A stretch of DNA of 64,000 nucleotides. It comes from Bacteroidales bacterium. Its GTDB lineage: Bacteria; Bacteroidota; Bacteroidia; Bacteroidales; UBA932. A program made the translations under genes and the position numbers. Shown in pieces: positions 30,288 to 40,734 of the stretch (position 1 is its first letter; every line of letters begins with the position of its first letter). The notes beneath the pieces were generated by a model. It was not told the origin of the DNA, made no database searches, and saw only the letters and a list, made by a program, of their open reading frames with translations. The DNA is taken from assembly GCA_017443465.1 (NCBI GenBank), contig JAFRXO010000067.1, forward strand, positions 9,467 to 73,466. The letters run 5' to 3'.

Positions 30288-31640
30288 TTAGACATCGAGA
30301 GCGTGCTCGTAGCCTTTCCTGTAGGTGTAGTGCATGAGCTTGGTAGCCTCCTCGTCGTGCATGAATTTCTGTACGATAGGATTCCAGACGACCGGGCGTC
30401 CGAGCTCCATAGCGATGTTGCCCAGGTTGCAGACTGTGCAGGAAGAGTGACCGACCTCAACGGGGACATTGGTATCCATGCGGGACTTGATGGACTCGAT
30501 GAACCTGCGGTGGTGTCCTACCTTGGTCTCATAGGGGACAGAGGTGTCTACTGCTGCAGCCTTCATGTCGAATTTCGGGTCGGATGCCTGGAATTTACCG
30601 CGGCAGACCTTTACCCAGCCTTCTTCGCCGTAGATCATGACACCCTGCTGTTTGCCATCATAAGGCTCCTCGGTCATGATGGTGCCGTTGTCATATTTGT
30701 AGGTCAGGCAGTCATACCAGGAATATCCGGGAGGAATGACCTCTACAGGACCGCTGCAGTCCTTACCGAGGGCCCACTGTGCGATATCGAACATATGTGC
30801 ACCCCAGTCTGTCATAAGACCGCCGCCGGAAACCTTGTACCAGCGCCATGCGCCCCAGAGTTTCTCCTTCTCGGTGTTGGTGACGATAGGATCCAGGTCG
30901 GAGTGGTAATAGACGCTTTCGGGGAGCGGTCCGAGCCACTTGTCCCAGTTGAGTCCTGCGGGAACGGGCATATGCGGAAGCTTGCACGGAGCCGGAGCTG
31001 CGGTGACAGGATTCACATCGTTCCTTCCGACATAGACTTTGATCTTGCCGATCTTTCCGAGTGCGCCTTCGCGGGCGAGGGTAGCGGCGTGGATGAACTC
31101 GTCGCTGGAACGCTGCTGGCTGCCGACATGGAGGATACGGCCATATTTGCGGACGGCCTTGATTACCTGCTGTCCCTCATAGATCGTAAGGGTCAGGGGT
31201 TTCTCAAGATAAACATCCTTTCCGGCCTTGCAGGCGGCGATAGCGATGATTGCATGCTGATGGTCGGGAACGGCGATGACTACTGCATCGATGTCCGGGC
31301 GGGCCAGGAGGTCCTGATAGTCTTCGTAAACGGGAACGACGACTTTCTTTTCACCCTTCTTGGTGTAATAGTCGGTGACTTTGTAAACGAAGCGGTCGCG
31401 CTTGATGTCATAAACATCGCAACCGGCGACAACGCGGACGTCATCCATTGACATGAAGCCGTTCAGCAGATACATGGCCTGCTGTCCGAGTCCGATGAAA
31501 CCGAGCCTGATCTTGTCACTGGCTGCAGTCTTGGCCTTTGCTGCAGGAGCAGCAGGGCTGGCAGCGGAGGCGAGTCCTGTCGGAATCATTGTGCCGGCGA
31601 GACCGGCGGCAGAAAACTTAAGGAAGTCTCTTCTTTGCAT
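30288..31640 (-). CDS. Tat-exported Gfo/Idh/MocA oxidoreductase
   Basis: MQRRDFLK; GFIGLG; PDHQH; YLEKP; DWGAHMFD. Confidence 0.9.
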   Translation of the reverse strand: MQRRDFLKFSAAGLAGTMIPTGLASAASPAAPAAKAKTAASDKIRLGFIGLGQQAMYLLNGFMSMDDVRVVAGCDVYDIKRDRFVYKVTDYYTKKGEKKVVVPVYEDYQDLLARPDIDAVVIAVPDHQHAIIAIAACKAGKDVYLEKPLTLTIYEGQQVIKAVRKYGRILHVGSQQRSSDEFIHAATLAREGALGKIGKIKVYVGRNDVNPVTAAPAPCKLPHMPVPAGLNWDKWLGPLPESVYYHSDLDPIVTNTEKEKLWGAWRWYKVSGGGLMTDWGAHMFDIAQWALGKDCSGPVEVIPPGYSWYDCLTYKYDNGTIMTEEPYDGKQQGVMIYGEEGWVKVCRGKFQASDPKFDMKAAAVDTSVPYETKVGHHRRFIESIKSRMDTNVPVEVGHSSCTVCNLGNIAMELGRPVVWNPIVQKFMHDEEATKLMHYTYRKGYEHALDV

Positions 31641-31683
31641 AGTTTTGTGGTTTATATGGTTCGTGTATTTGAAGTCGTAATGA

Positions 31684-31691
31684 CAAATGTA
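31684..31691 (-). promoter_or_regulatory. -7 promoter box for Gfo/Idh/MocA gene
   Basis: TACATTTG on minus strand. Confidence 0.5.
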
Positions 31692-33602
31692 CTATTTAAC
31701 TTTCTGAATTGAAAATGTATAATTCCCTTTTTTCACCATTTTCTTTGCGGTAAGGGAAATACGGTACAATTTGTCCCCCCAGACATTGGAAAGACGCGGG
31801 TCATCTATATTAATCGTCTCGATGCTGTAGCTGAATGCCCTGGGATCATATGTAAACAATGCATCCGTTCCTTCCACCGAGATGGAGACCTTTCCGTCAG
31901 AGACTTTTTTCACATCCCCGCGGGTCAGGAAATTGACCACGTTCGGAGCGATGGTCTGTTTGAGGGCGAATGCGTCATTGATGCGGAGGGAGTTCCCGTT
32001 AAGCTGATATGAACGGACCCACCTGTCCACCTTCGCTTCCTTCGGGAATGCTCCGGCGATGTTGACGGAGAAGTAGCCGGGTTTCGCTACCGCATCCGAG
32101 GCTTTGTATTCTGCACCATTCATCTGGGCGACGCCATTGATCATCGGGAGGTTGTGGTAGTTGCTCTGCATCGTCCAGATAGTGTAGCGTTGGCTGCCGA
32201 AAGTCTGGCGGCGATAGGTCCCGACACCGGCATCGACCATGATGGGCTTCCTGTCCATTGCGAGGATGAAGGAACCTACATCGTTGTGGTTGTGGCTTTC
32301 ATTATTGAAACCGCCTTTGCCGGCGAAGAACAGACCTTCTTCATTGGAGAGATAACAGAACTCCGTCTCAGGGTACCATGTGAAAGGCTCCCTCGGTAGT
32401 TCCGGCTTTATGGCTTCCAGCTCGTCATTTATCTCCAGTGCCTTGAAAAAGCGGTACAGGTCCGTAGAAGGAGTCGGGGTGACAGAGCCTTTTGACAGGT
32501 AACCGGCATAATGCATCATGCCTTCGCTGCCCAGGTTCTTGCCGAAGCGGTAGACGAATGCGGGATTCCCTCCGCCTTTGGCATTCGCATCGGCAAAATT
32601 CACTACCCAGCCGTCACCGATGTAAGAACGGTAAATGTATTCGCCCATATCCTTTACCATCTTGTTGCCGAAGAGGTCGACCTTTCCGCCGGTGATTTCC
32701 CTGAGCATTTCGAGATGGTCGCACAACTTACCTGCAGCGGCATCCCAGTAGCCGGGGCCTTCTTCACAAGCGCCGTCGGATTTGATGTAGTTCAGGAACT
32801 CATCGACCGAACGCATAGACTCATATACTGCATCTGCCAGGACATCCCTGTCGTTTTCCAGCAACATGAAGGCAATCAGGGCATTGCTGTTGCACCATGG
32901 GTTCCAGTTGTTCTGCATCGAGCCTTTCTTCCCGCGGGCCATCCAGTCAAACGAGTCATTGTTCAGGTAGACATCCAGGACCTTCTTCTGCAACTCATGA
33001 CGCAGACGGCGGGAAATTTCAGGATCGACCTTGTCGAACTCATCCTTCATGAAATAATAGATCCAGGAATAACCGTTCGCCATCTGGCCGACACCCAGAT
33101 CGAAGACCAGGTCGTCATATGCCGGCAAGGCCCTGTGGGATTTCTGGCGGGAGTTGTGTGCAGAATGGGACCAGGAAGTCATTTCGCTGGCACAGAAGAC
33201 CCCGTTGATCAGCTGGTCGATGAAGCGGCCCTTTCCCTCGGCCATTTCGGCCATGAACAGGTCCATCGTGGCGGAATTGTTAGCCTCTTTCTTGTTCTGC
33301 ATGATGTACCGGTCTCCGGTGCGCTCATATTCGAAGAAATCGGTGGCTTTGATTACTTTCCACTGGTAATCAAGCCTTTCCTCTCCGCGTTTGATGTAGA
33401 AATCCTTGAGGTCGCCGAAGATCTTGTCCCATCCCTGGCGGTCGGTGTAAGCAGGGTAGGTAACCCATTTCTGGTCCAATACCAGGTACTGCTTCAACTG
33501 GTCCTTTGTCGCGGCATTTTTAATGATGTTCCTCTCCTCATATGCCCGGGCATTGAAAGCGACGGCAAGGAGTAATGCAGCAATAAATATTTTCCTGATC
33601 AT
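31692..33602 (-). CDS. Heparinase II/III-family lyase, PL33-like (BT4410-type), copy C
   Basis: AEGKGRFID, NNWNPWCN, DGACEEGPGYW, HNHNDVG, MQSNYHN. Confidence 0.88.
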   Translation of the reverse strand: MIRKIFIAALLLAVAFNARAYEERNIIKNAATKDQLKQYLVLDQKWVTYPAYTDRQGWDKIFGDLKDFYIKRGEERLDYQWKVIKATDFFEYERTGDRYIMQNKKEANNSATMDLFMAEMAEGKGRFIDQLINGVFCASEMTSWSHSAHNSRQKSHRALPAYDDLVFDLGVGQMANGYSWIYYFMKDEFDKVDPEISRRLRHELQKKVLDVYLNNDSFDWMARGKKGSMQNNWNPWCNSNALIAFMLLENDRDVLADAVYESMRSVDEFLNYIKSDGACEEGPGYWDAAAGKLCDHLEMLREITGGKVDLFGNKMVKDMGEYIYRSYIGDGWVVNFADANAKGGGNPAFVYRFGKNLGSEGMMHYAGYLSKGSVTPTPSTDLYRFFKALEINDELEAIKPELPREPFTWYPETEFCYLSNEEGLFFAGKGGFNNESHNHNDVGSFILAMDRKPIMVDAGVGTYRRQTFGSQRYTIWTMQSNYHNLPMINGVAQMNGAEYKASDAVAKPGYFSVNIAGAFPKEAKVDRWVRSYQLNGNSLRINDAFALKQTIAPNVVNFLTRGDVKKVSDGKVSISVEGTDALFTYDPRAFSYSIETINIDDPRLSNVWGDKLYRISLTAKKMVKKGNYTFSIQKVK

Positions 33603-33605
33603 ATG

Positions 33606-35525
33606 TTACAGTTTTTTTACCGTGAATGAATAGTTTCCTTTCTTAGTCATTTTCTTTGCAGTCAAGGAGACGCGGTACACCTTCTCTCCCCATATGTCCG
33701 AAAGACGCGGATCATCCAGGAGGATTGTCTCGATGCTGTAATCAAATGACCTGGGGTCATATGTAAGCAGAGCCTTCACACCATTGACCGAGATGGAGAC
33801 CTTCCCGTCGGAGACTTTCTTCACGTCTCCCCAAGTCATGAAGTTGACGACATTCGGAGCGACGGTCTGTTTCAGGGTGAAGGCATCATTGATCCGGAGG
33901 GTGTTCCCGCCGAGCTGGTAGGAGCGGGTCCATTTGTCCACCTTGGCTGCCTCCGGGAATGCCCCGGCTATGTTCACCGAGAAGAATCCAGGCTTCGCCA
34001 CTGCGTCCGAGGCCTTATACGCAGGGCCTTCCTTTTCGCCGACTCCGTTTATAACCGGGAGGTTGTGGTAGTTGCTCTGCATGCTCCATATCGTATAGCG
34101 GCTGCTGTCGAATGTCTGACGGCGGTAGGTCCCGACACCGGCATCGATCATTACCGGCTGGTTGTCCATGTAGAGGATGAAGGTCCCTACATCATTGTGG
34201 TTGTGGCTTTCGTCGTTGTTGCCTCCCTTTGCCGCAACGAAGAGGCCTTCGGGGTCGGACAGATAGCAGAACTCGGTCTCGGGGTACCATACAAATGGTT
34301 CGCGGATCTCCTCCGGAGATGTCTCCGCAAGTTCCTTCTGGATTGTCATAGCCTCGAAGATGCGGTAGATATCCGAACCTATCCCAAAGGAGGTCGGGGT
34401 GCTGTCTTTCCGGTAGAGGGCGGCGGCGAAGTGCTTCATCATCTCGCTTCCGACCCCTTTGCCGAAGCGATAGACGACGAACGGGCTGCTAGAGCCTTTC
34501 GCAGGAGCATCCGCGAAATTCACCACCCAGTCCAGTCCAATGAAAGAATGGCATATGTATTCTCCGGCCCTTTTAAGGTACGGGTGGTTCAGCAGGTTCA
34601 CCTTCCCGCCTGTGATAGCCTTTAGGATTTCTGTGTAGTCATACAGTTGCGCTCCGGCCGTGTTCCAGTACGAAGGCCCTTCATCGCATGCTCCGTCATG
34701 GGTGATGTAGTTCACATACTGGTCCACCGAACGCATGGATTCCAGAACGGCCTTCGCCAGGGTTTCGCGATCGTTTTCAAGGAGCATGAATGCCATCAGG
34801 GTGTTGCAGTTGCATCTGACATTCCAGTTGTTCTGGGCCGTCCCTTTGGCTCCGCGTGCCATCCACTCGAAAGAAGAATCGTTCATATATGGATCCAGCA
34901 CCTTGACCTGCAGCTCATGGCGCAGGCGGCGGGAGATTTCCGGATCCACTTTGTCGAACTCATCCTTCATGAAATAGTAGATCCAGGACAGCAGGTGTCC
35001 CATCTCAGCTTCACGCAGATCCAGGACAGGCTGGTCATATGACGGCAATGAGCGTCCGGTTCTCTGCTGTACATTGTGCGCCGACGCAGTCCATGAAGTC
35101 ATTTCGCATATGTGGAAGACTCCGTTGATCAGCGGATCGATGAAGCGGCCCTTACCCTCAGCCATTTCCGCCAGGAAGAAGCTGGCCATCGCATGGGTGT
35201 TCGAATAATAGGGATTCTCCATGGCCGTCCTGTCGCCGGTGCGCTCGAACTCCAGGTAATCAGTAGCCTTGACTACCTGCCACTGGTAATCGATCAGGTC
35301 ATTCCCGTGTTTGATGTAGCTGTCCTTGAACTGGCCGAAAAGGGCATCCCAGCCCTGACGGTCGTAGTAAGAAGGATACTTCACCCACTTCTGGTCCATC
35401 ACCAGTGATTCTTTCACCTCCTGGGGCGTAGCACTGTTCATGAAAATGTTACGTTCTTCATATGCCCGGGCCTGGAGGACGGACAGGGTGAGCAATATAG
35501 ACAGACAGAGAGATATGATCTTCAT
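33606..35525 (-). CDS. PL33-like lyase, copy B (mosaic; NNWNVRC variant)
   Basis: Same motifs as copy C; signal peptide. Confidence 0.88.
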   Translation of the reverse strand: MKIISLCLSILLTLSVLQARAYEERNIFMNSATPQEVKESLVMDQKWVKYPSYYDRQGWDALFGQFKDSYIKHGNDLIDYQWQVVKATDYLEFERTGDRTAMENPYYSNTHAMASFFLAEMAEGKGRFIDPLINGVFHICEMTSWTASAHNVQQRTGRSLPSYDQPVLDLREAEMGHLLSWIYYFMKDEFDKVDPEISRRLRHELQVKVLDPYMNDSSFEWMARGAKGTAQNNWNVRCNCNTLMAFMLLENDRETLAKAVLESMRSVDQYVNYITHDGACDEGPSYWNTAGAQLYDYTEILKAITGGKVNLLNHPYLKRAGEYICHSFIGLDWVVNFADAPAKGSSSPFVVYRFGKGVGSEMMKHFAAALYRKDSTPTSFGIGSDIYRIFEAMTIQKELAETSPEEIREPFVWYPETEFCYLSDPEGLFVAAKGGNNDESHNHNDVGTFILYMDNQPVMIDAGVGTYRRQTFDSSRYTIWSMQSNYHNLPVINGVGEKEGPAYKASDAVAKPGFFSVNIAGAFPEAAKVDKWTRSYQLGGNTLRINDAFTLKQTVAPNVVNFMTWGDVKKVSDGKVSISVNGVKALLTYDPRSFDYSIETILLDDPRLSDIWGEKVYRVSLTAKKMTKKGNYSFTVKKL

Positions 35526-35528
35526 GGT

Positions 35529-37445
35529 TTATCGCTTTGTTACGGTGAATGAGTATTTTCCGCTTTTCGCCAGCTTCTTTGCCGTGAACGACAACCTGTA
35601 AACCTTGTCGCCCCAGACATCCGACAGTATATGGTCGGTCAGGGCAATGGTTTCGATGTTGCAGTCGAAGATTTTCGGGTCGTAAGTGAGCTGGGCGTTC
35701 ACACCTTCTACTGAGATGGAAATCTTCCCGTCGGATTCTTTCTTCACATTTCCCCATGTCATGAAGCTGACTGAATTCGGGGCAACAGTCTCTTTAAGCT
35801 TGAATGAATCATTAACTTTCAGCTCCTTGCCTGCAAGCTGATAAGAACGTGTCCACTTCTCTACCTTAGCCTCGGCGGGATAAGCTCCGGCGATGTTGAC
35901 AGAGAAGAAGTTCGGCTTAGCCATTGCTTCCGACGCCTTGTACGCCGCTCCGTTCTTCTGGCCGAACCCGTTGATCACAGGGAGGTTATGGTAATTGCTC
36001 TGCATCGTCCATATGGTATAGCGCTCACTTGTGAAAGTCTGACGGGTGTAGTACCCGACTCCGGCATCGATCAGGACCGGCTGGTTGTCCATATACAGGA
36101 TGAAACTGCCGACATCATTGTGGTTATGGCTCTCGTTGTTGTGGCCTCCCTTCGCAGCGACAAAAAGACCTTCCGGATCTGACAGGTAGCAGAATTCGGT
36201 TTCAGGATACCACACGAACGGTTCCACGATTGCCTCGGGGGACGCAGACGCCAGTTCATCTTTGATGGACAGGGCCTCAAATAAGCGGAACAGGTCGTTC
36301 CCGCTGAAATAGAATCTCGGGGGAGACACTTTCTTTTCGAAAAGAGCGGCGGCAAAGTGTTTCATCTTTTCGCTGCCGACGGCTTTCCCGAAGCGGTAGA
36401 TAAGGAAAGGACTGACCCCTCCCTTAGCAGGCGCATCCGCGAAATTGACCACCCAGTCCAGTCCGATGTAGGAATTGCATATGTACTCTCCGGTCCTTTT
36501 AAGGTAGGGATGGGACAGCAGGTTCACTTTCCCGCCGGTAGCCAGTTTGAGTATCTCGACATAGTCATACAGTTTTCCGCCTGCCAGGTTCCAATACCTG
36601 GGACCCTCATCGCATGCGCCGTCGAAAGTAATGTAATTGACGTACTGGTCGACTGACCGCATCGACTCAAGCACCACCTTTGCCAGGGTATCCCGGTCGT
36701 TCTCCATGAGCATGAATGATAGCAGGGCATTGCCGTTGCACCAGGGATTCCAGTTATTCTGCTTAGTCCCTTTCGCCTTGCGGGCCATCCAGTTGAATGA
36801 GTCGTTCAGGTACGGGTCAAGCACCTTTGCCTTTATTTCCTGACGCATGCGGCGGCTGATCTCCGGGTCGACCTTGTCCAGCTCATCCTTCATGAAATAG
36901 TAGATCCACGACATCAGCTGCCCCATCTCCGCCTCGCGCAGGTCCAGAACCGGCTGCAGGTTAGTCGGAAGGGCTCTTTTGGTGCGTTGCTGGACAACAT
37001 GGGCGTTGGCTGACCATGAAGTCATTTCGCACATCAGGAAGATACCGTCGATCATCGGATCGATAAAGCGTCCTTTCCCCTCGGCCATCTCTGCCAGGAA
37101 AAGAGCGCCCAATGTCCCCACGTTATTGTAATAACGGCCCTCCATGACGCTGCGGTTGCCCGAACGTTCAAAAGCCAGGTAATCCGTAGCCCTGACGACT
37201 TTCCACTCGAAATCGAGCAGCTTTTCTCCGGCCGTGATGTAATGGTCCTTATACTGGCCGAAAATGGCGTCCCAGCCGGCGCGGTCGGTGTAGGCCGGGT
37301 ATTTCACCCATTTCTGGTCCATCACCAGCGATTCTTTCACCTCCTGTGGCGTAGCACTGTTCATGAAAATGTTCCTCTCTTCATATGCACGGGCATATGA
37401 CAGTGCAAATGAGAGCAGAAGCGCTATGATCGTAAATCTTTTCAT
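35529..37445 (-). CDS. PL33-like lyase, copy A
   Basis: Same motifs as copy C; signal peptide. Confidence 0.88.
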   Translation of the reverse strand: MKRFTIIALLLSFALSYARAYEERNIFMNSATPQEVKESLVMDQKWVKYPAYTDRAGWDAIFGQYKDHYITAGEKLLDFEWKVVRATDYLAFERSGNRSVMEGRYYNNVGTLGALFLAEMAEGKGRFIDPMIDGIFLMCEMTSWSANAHVVQQRTKRALPTNLQPVLDLREAEMGQLMSWIYYFMKDELDKVDPEISRRMRQEIKAKVLDPYLNDSFNWMARKAKGTKQNNWNPWCNGNALLSFMLMENDRDTLAKVVLESMRSVDQYVNYITFDGACDEGPRYWNLAGGKLYDYVEILKLATGGKVNLLSHPYLKRTGEYICNSYIGLDWVVNFADAPAKGGVSPFLIYRFGKAVGSEKMKHFAAALFEKKVSPPRFYFSGNDLFRLFEALSIKDELASASPEAIVEPFVWYPETEFCYLSDPEGLFVAAKGGHNNESHNHNDVGSFILYMDNQPVLIDAGVGYYTRQTFTSERYTIWTMQSNYHNLPVINGFGQKNGAAYKASEAMAKPNFFSVNIAGAYPAEAKVEKWTRSYQLAGKELKVNDSFKLKETVAPNSVSFMTWGNVKKESDGKISISVEGVNAQLTYDPKIFDCNIETIALTDHILSDVWGDKVYRLSFTAKKLAKSGKYSFTVTKR

Positions 37446-37482
37446 CGCTTTTTGTAAATATATGATTGATAATATGATAATG

Positions 37483-38355
37483 TCAGTATTTGTAGCCGCG
37501 TGACTTGTACAGGAGCTTGCCGAATTCCAGGATGTTCAAGGCTATGATGTCCGGATTGACATCGGAGGCTTCAGCAACTTCCAAAGTGGTTTCACCGCTT
37601 AGGACCAGGACTCCGAGGTTACCTGCATTGAGCCCGGCAGCGACATCGGTGTAGATCCTGTCCCCGACCATGGCGATCTCATCGCTCTTGAGGCCGAGGC
37701 TGTCCCTCAGGGTGTAGAGCATTATGGGATTGGGTTTCCCTATGACGGCATCAGGCAACCTCTTCGTAGCCCCCTCGATGCATCGTGTCAGGGATCCGCA
37801 GTCGATCAGGATGGTTTCCTGGTCAGTAGGGCACACCCAGTCCGGATTGGTGGCGATGTAAGGTATCTCCTTCTTTGACGCCCACCATGCCGCTCGGCAG
37901 AAGCGCTCATATGTAAGCGTGGTATCGAACGCGACCACTAGCATGTCCGGCCTGTCGGAAGGATCGTCCAGGGTCAGTTCGAAGCCGGCCTTGCGGAACT
38001 CCGCCTGCATGCTCGGAGTTCCGAGGGCATATATCCTTTTCACTCCGGGGTAATGCTGACGGATGTAGTCGATAGTCGCAATGGAGCTCGTATACATCTG
38101 CTGGTCAGATGCTTCTATTCCAAGGTTCTGCAACTTCCGCAGATAATCCCCTCGGTTTTTCGTGGGGTTGTTGGTCAGGAACGAGTAACTGATACCCAAT
38201 GCGGTCAGCATTTCCAGGAAAGCATGGGTGTAGGGGAACAGGGTAGAACCCATATATATGGTTCCGTCCATGTCTAGGGCCACATGCTTGATTTTGGAGC
38301 AGGCCGCCATGAGCTGGCGCTCCGTCATGGGCGTAGAGTATTTGTCGAAAGGCAT
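37483..38355 (-). CDS. HAD-IIA (NagD-like) phosphatase
   Basis: DMDGT, TNN, ATNPD, GKPNP, VGDRIYTD. Confidence 0.92.
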   Translation of the reverse strand: MPFDKYSTPMTERQLMAACSKIKHVALDMDGTIYMGSTLFPYTHAFLEMLTALGISYSFLTNNPTKNRGDYLRKLQNLGIEASDQQMYTSSIATIDYIRQHYPGVKRIYALGTPSMQAEFRKAGFELTLDDPSDRPDMLVVAFDTTLTYERFCRAAWWASKKEIPYIATNPDWVCPTDQETILIDCGSLTRCIEGATKRLPDAVIGKPNPIMLYTLRDSLGLKSDEIAMVGDRIYTDVAAGLNAGNLGVLVLSGETTLEVAEASDVNPDIIALNILEFGKLLYKSRGYKY

Positions 38356-38357
38356 GG

Positions 38358-39176
38358 TTAAAGAGTAAGTTCCCTGTCTCCCAGGAGTTTCCGTACAAGG
38401 AGCGGCTCGTTAGTAGTGATGCAGTCCACCCCGAGGTCAATCATCGCCTTGATGTCTTCTTCTTTATTGACTGTCCAGCAGTTGACACTCATCCCCAGGG
38501 CGTGGGCTTCCGCGACCCATTCAGGATGATTTTTCAGTACGTTGAAATGATAGTCCAAGCCATTGATTCCGTCCTTCTTCAGGTCTTTTGGGGAGATGTC
38601 ACCATTGAGGTACTGGTTCGTGAACTCAGGGTATTTCTGGGCTATGACATCGCACATATGCTTGCTGAAGGAGATGAAAATGACCTTTGAAGGGTCGAAG
38701 AGACCATGGCGCTTGAGAGACCTGACGCTCTTGCTGATGAGCAGGTCTTCGCTGCGGTATTTCTCCGGCTTGAGCTCGAAGACGAGCACGGTCTTGTCGT
38801 TAGCTTTCCCCTGTTTCAGGTACTGGTTCAGCGTCGAGGGCCATTCCCCGTTCTTGAGCCGGCAGGCCTGGACGCTCTTGAAATACCTCAGTTTCGTCTG
38901 CTCGATTTCTTTCCCGCCGCGAGTATTGTCATGATTGATCAGAATCTTATTGTCGGCTGTGAGATGTGCATCGAACTCAGAGCCCCACAAGCCCGCGTTC
39001 TGTGCCTCGCGGAGCGAAGCGATGGAATTTTCGGAATTGCCAGCGGCCTCGCATTTCCAGAAGCCGCGGTGGGCGGTGATTGCGATTTTATTCTGCGCTC
39101 CGGCACCTGCGGAGAAAAGGAGGATCATTGAAGCGGCGAACACGGTCCGGATCAAGGAGTTAATGTGATTAGTCAT
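38358..39176 (-). CDS. Glycerophosphodiester phosphodiesterase (exported)
   Basis: AHRG, ENS, EFD, ELK, WTVN, TTNEP; signal peptide. Confidence 0.92.
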   Translation of the reverse strand: MTNHINSLIRTVFAASMILLFSAGAGAQNKIAITAHRGFWKCEAAGNSENSIASLREAQNAGLWGSEFDAHLTADNKILINHDNTRGGKEIEQTKLRYFKSVQACRLKNGEWPSTLNQYLKQGKANDKTVLVFELKPEKYRSEDLLISKSVRSLKRHGLFDPSKVIFISFSKHMCDVIAQKYPEFTNQYLNGDISPKDLKKDGINGLDYHFNVLKNHPEWVAEAHALGMSVNCWTVNKEEDIKAMIDLGVDCITTNEPLLVRKLLGDRELTL

Positions 39177-39219
39177 ATGAATGTGCTTCCTGTGTTATTG
39201 TAATAATAATTTCACCTTA

Positions 39220-39248
39220 CCAAGATAGCTATTTTTTCGTTATATTTG
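39220..39248. promoter_or_regulatory. Back-to-back divergent promoter
   Basis: ccaagatagctattttttcgtTATATTTG between divergent genes. Confidence 0.5.
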
Positions 39249-39277
39249 ACAATCACTAATTACGATAAGCACTATTA

Positions 39278-40708
39278 ATGGACAGAAGGAATTTTTTGAA
39301 GACTTCGGTAGCGGCGACAGCCCTCGCAAGTCTGGACTTCCCCGCATTGGCGTCAAAGGTGAAATCCTACGGGAAAGTGAGGTTGAAAGTCGGCGTTTTA
39401 AGTGACATCCATGTAGCCAATAAGGCCACGGAGGCATGCTTTCTCAAGGCCCTGAACTATTTCAAGGAGAGGAGGGTCGATGCGGTGCTGATTGCCGGGG
39501 ACCTGATCGATGACGGTTTGATGCCCGAATACCGCGTTGTCGTTGATGACTGGTACAGCGTGTTCCCCGACGACAAGTATCCCGACGGGAAAAAGATCGA
39601 AAGGCTCATAGTCTATGGCAACCACGAAATAGAAGGGCACAAATACAAGGGCGCGAGGAGCCATCATAGCCCAGAGGTCCTTCAGCGTGATATCATTCTC
39701 CCGGTGAAGGAAAAATTCTGGGAAGAATGCTGGCATGAGAAATTCCAGCCCATATACATGAAGGAGGTGAAGGGCTACAAGTTCATCGGTGCGCACTTCG
39801 TCAACATGCAATACATCCCCGGGCTTGACGAATACATGAAATCGATCGAGGACCAGCTTCCGAAGGACAAGCCCTTCTTCTATTTCCAACATGTGCATCC
39901 CAAGGGGACTTGTTCGTCGCCTTGGGTGTGGGGAATGGACGACGGTGCGTCTACGGAGGTGTTGTCCCGCTACCCGAATGTCATAGCGTTCTCAGGTCAT
40001 TCCCACACCACGCTTACGGACGAGCGGGTCATATGGCAGGGCGCGTTCACCAGCGTAGGTACGGGCTCCCTGAAGTTCATGGTCCCGCTCGGTGGCCGCG
40101 AGAACAGCAAGGTCTTCGCCAGCACCGAGAAGGTGCCGGCACAGATGCCCGTCCTGTCCGGCAACAAAGGCCATCACGCCCAGATGATGACCGTATATGA
40201 CGACTACATCGTGCTGCAGAGGCACGAGTTCGAGAACGATGAGGATCTCGGCACATGGGTCATTCCGCTCAAAGGCAATGCTAAGCCGTACTCTTTCGAG
40301 TTGCGCGAAAAGACCGAAAAGGCTCCCCAGTTCTACGGCAATGAAAAGGTTACCGTAGGGGAGAGGGTTCCTGGAAAGGACCGTTACGGGGAGGAACAGG
40401 ACCAGGTTACGGTGGAATTCCCGGTCGCAGTTTCGCACGACGGATTTCCTCGTCCCCTTGACTACGAAGTGCAGATCGAGGAAGAAGGCGTGGATGTGTT
40501 CAAGGCCGTCCTGACCAAGAGGGTCTTCTCAAACACCTATTTCTTCGGGGAAAAGAAGGATTCCGAGCAGCCGGTCAAGTGCGTTTTCAGCGTGCGCGAG
40601 TTGCCTGTGGACAAGAAATTCCGTTTCGCTGTAAGGCCCTGCAACGGCTTCGGCCGGAAGGGCGAACCCATTTATTCAGAATTATTTCCAGAAGGGAAAT
40701 TCGCATAG
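39278..40708 (+). CDS. Tat-exported calcineurin-like metallophosphoesterase, copy 1
   Basis: MDRRNFLK; SDIH, GD, GNHE, FQH, SGHSH. Confidence 0.88.
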   Translation: MDRRNFLKTSVAATALASLDFPALASKVKSYGKVRLKVGVLSDIHVANKATEACFLKALNYFKERRVDAVLIAGDLIDDGLMPEYRVVVDDWYSVFPDDKYPDGKKIERLIVYGNHEIEGHKYKGARSHHSPEVLQRDIILPVKEKFWEECWHEKFQPIYMKEVKGYKFIGAHFVNMQYIPGLDEYMKSIEDQLPKDKPFFYFQHVHPKGTCSSPWVWGMDDGASTEVLSRYPNVIAFSGHSHTTLTDERVIWQGAFTSVGTGSLKFMVPLGGRENSKVFASTEKVPAQMPVLSGNKGHHAQMMTVYDDYIVLQRHEFENDEDLGTWVIPLKGNAKPYSFELREKTEKAPQFYGNEKVTVGERVPGKDRYGEEQDQVTVEFPVAVSHDGFPRPLDYEVQIEEEGVDVFKAVLTKRVFSNTYFFGEKKDSEQPVKCVFSVRELPVDKKFRFAVRPCNGFGRKGEPIYSELFPEGKFA

Positions 40709-40734
40709 GACAGTAACCGGTAAAGTTTTAGCAT

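Noticed and set aside
30303-31451. 382-aa plus-strand ORF
   Set aside because: Antisense shadow of the Gfo/Idh/MocA gene with no recognisable motifs
32511-33575. 354-aa plus-strand ORF
   Set aside because: Antisense shadow of PL33 copy C
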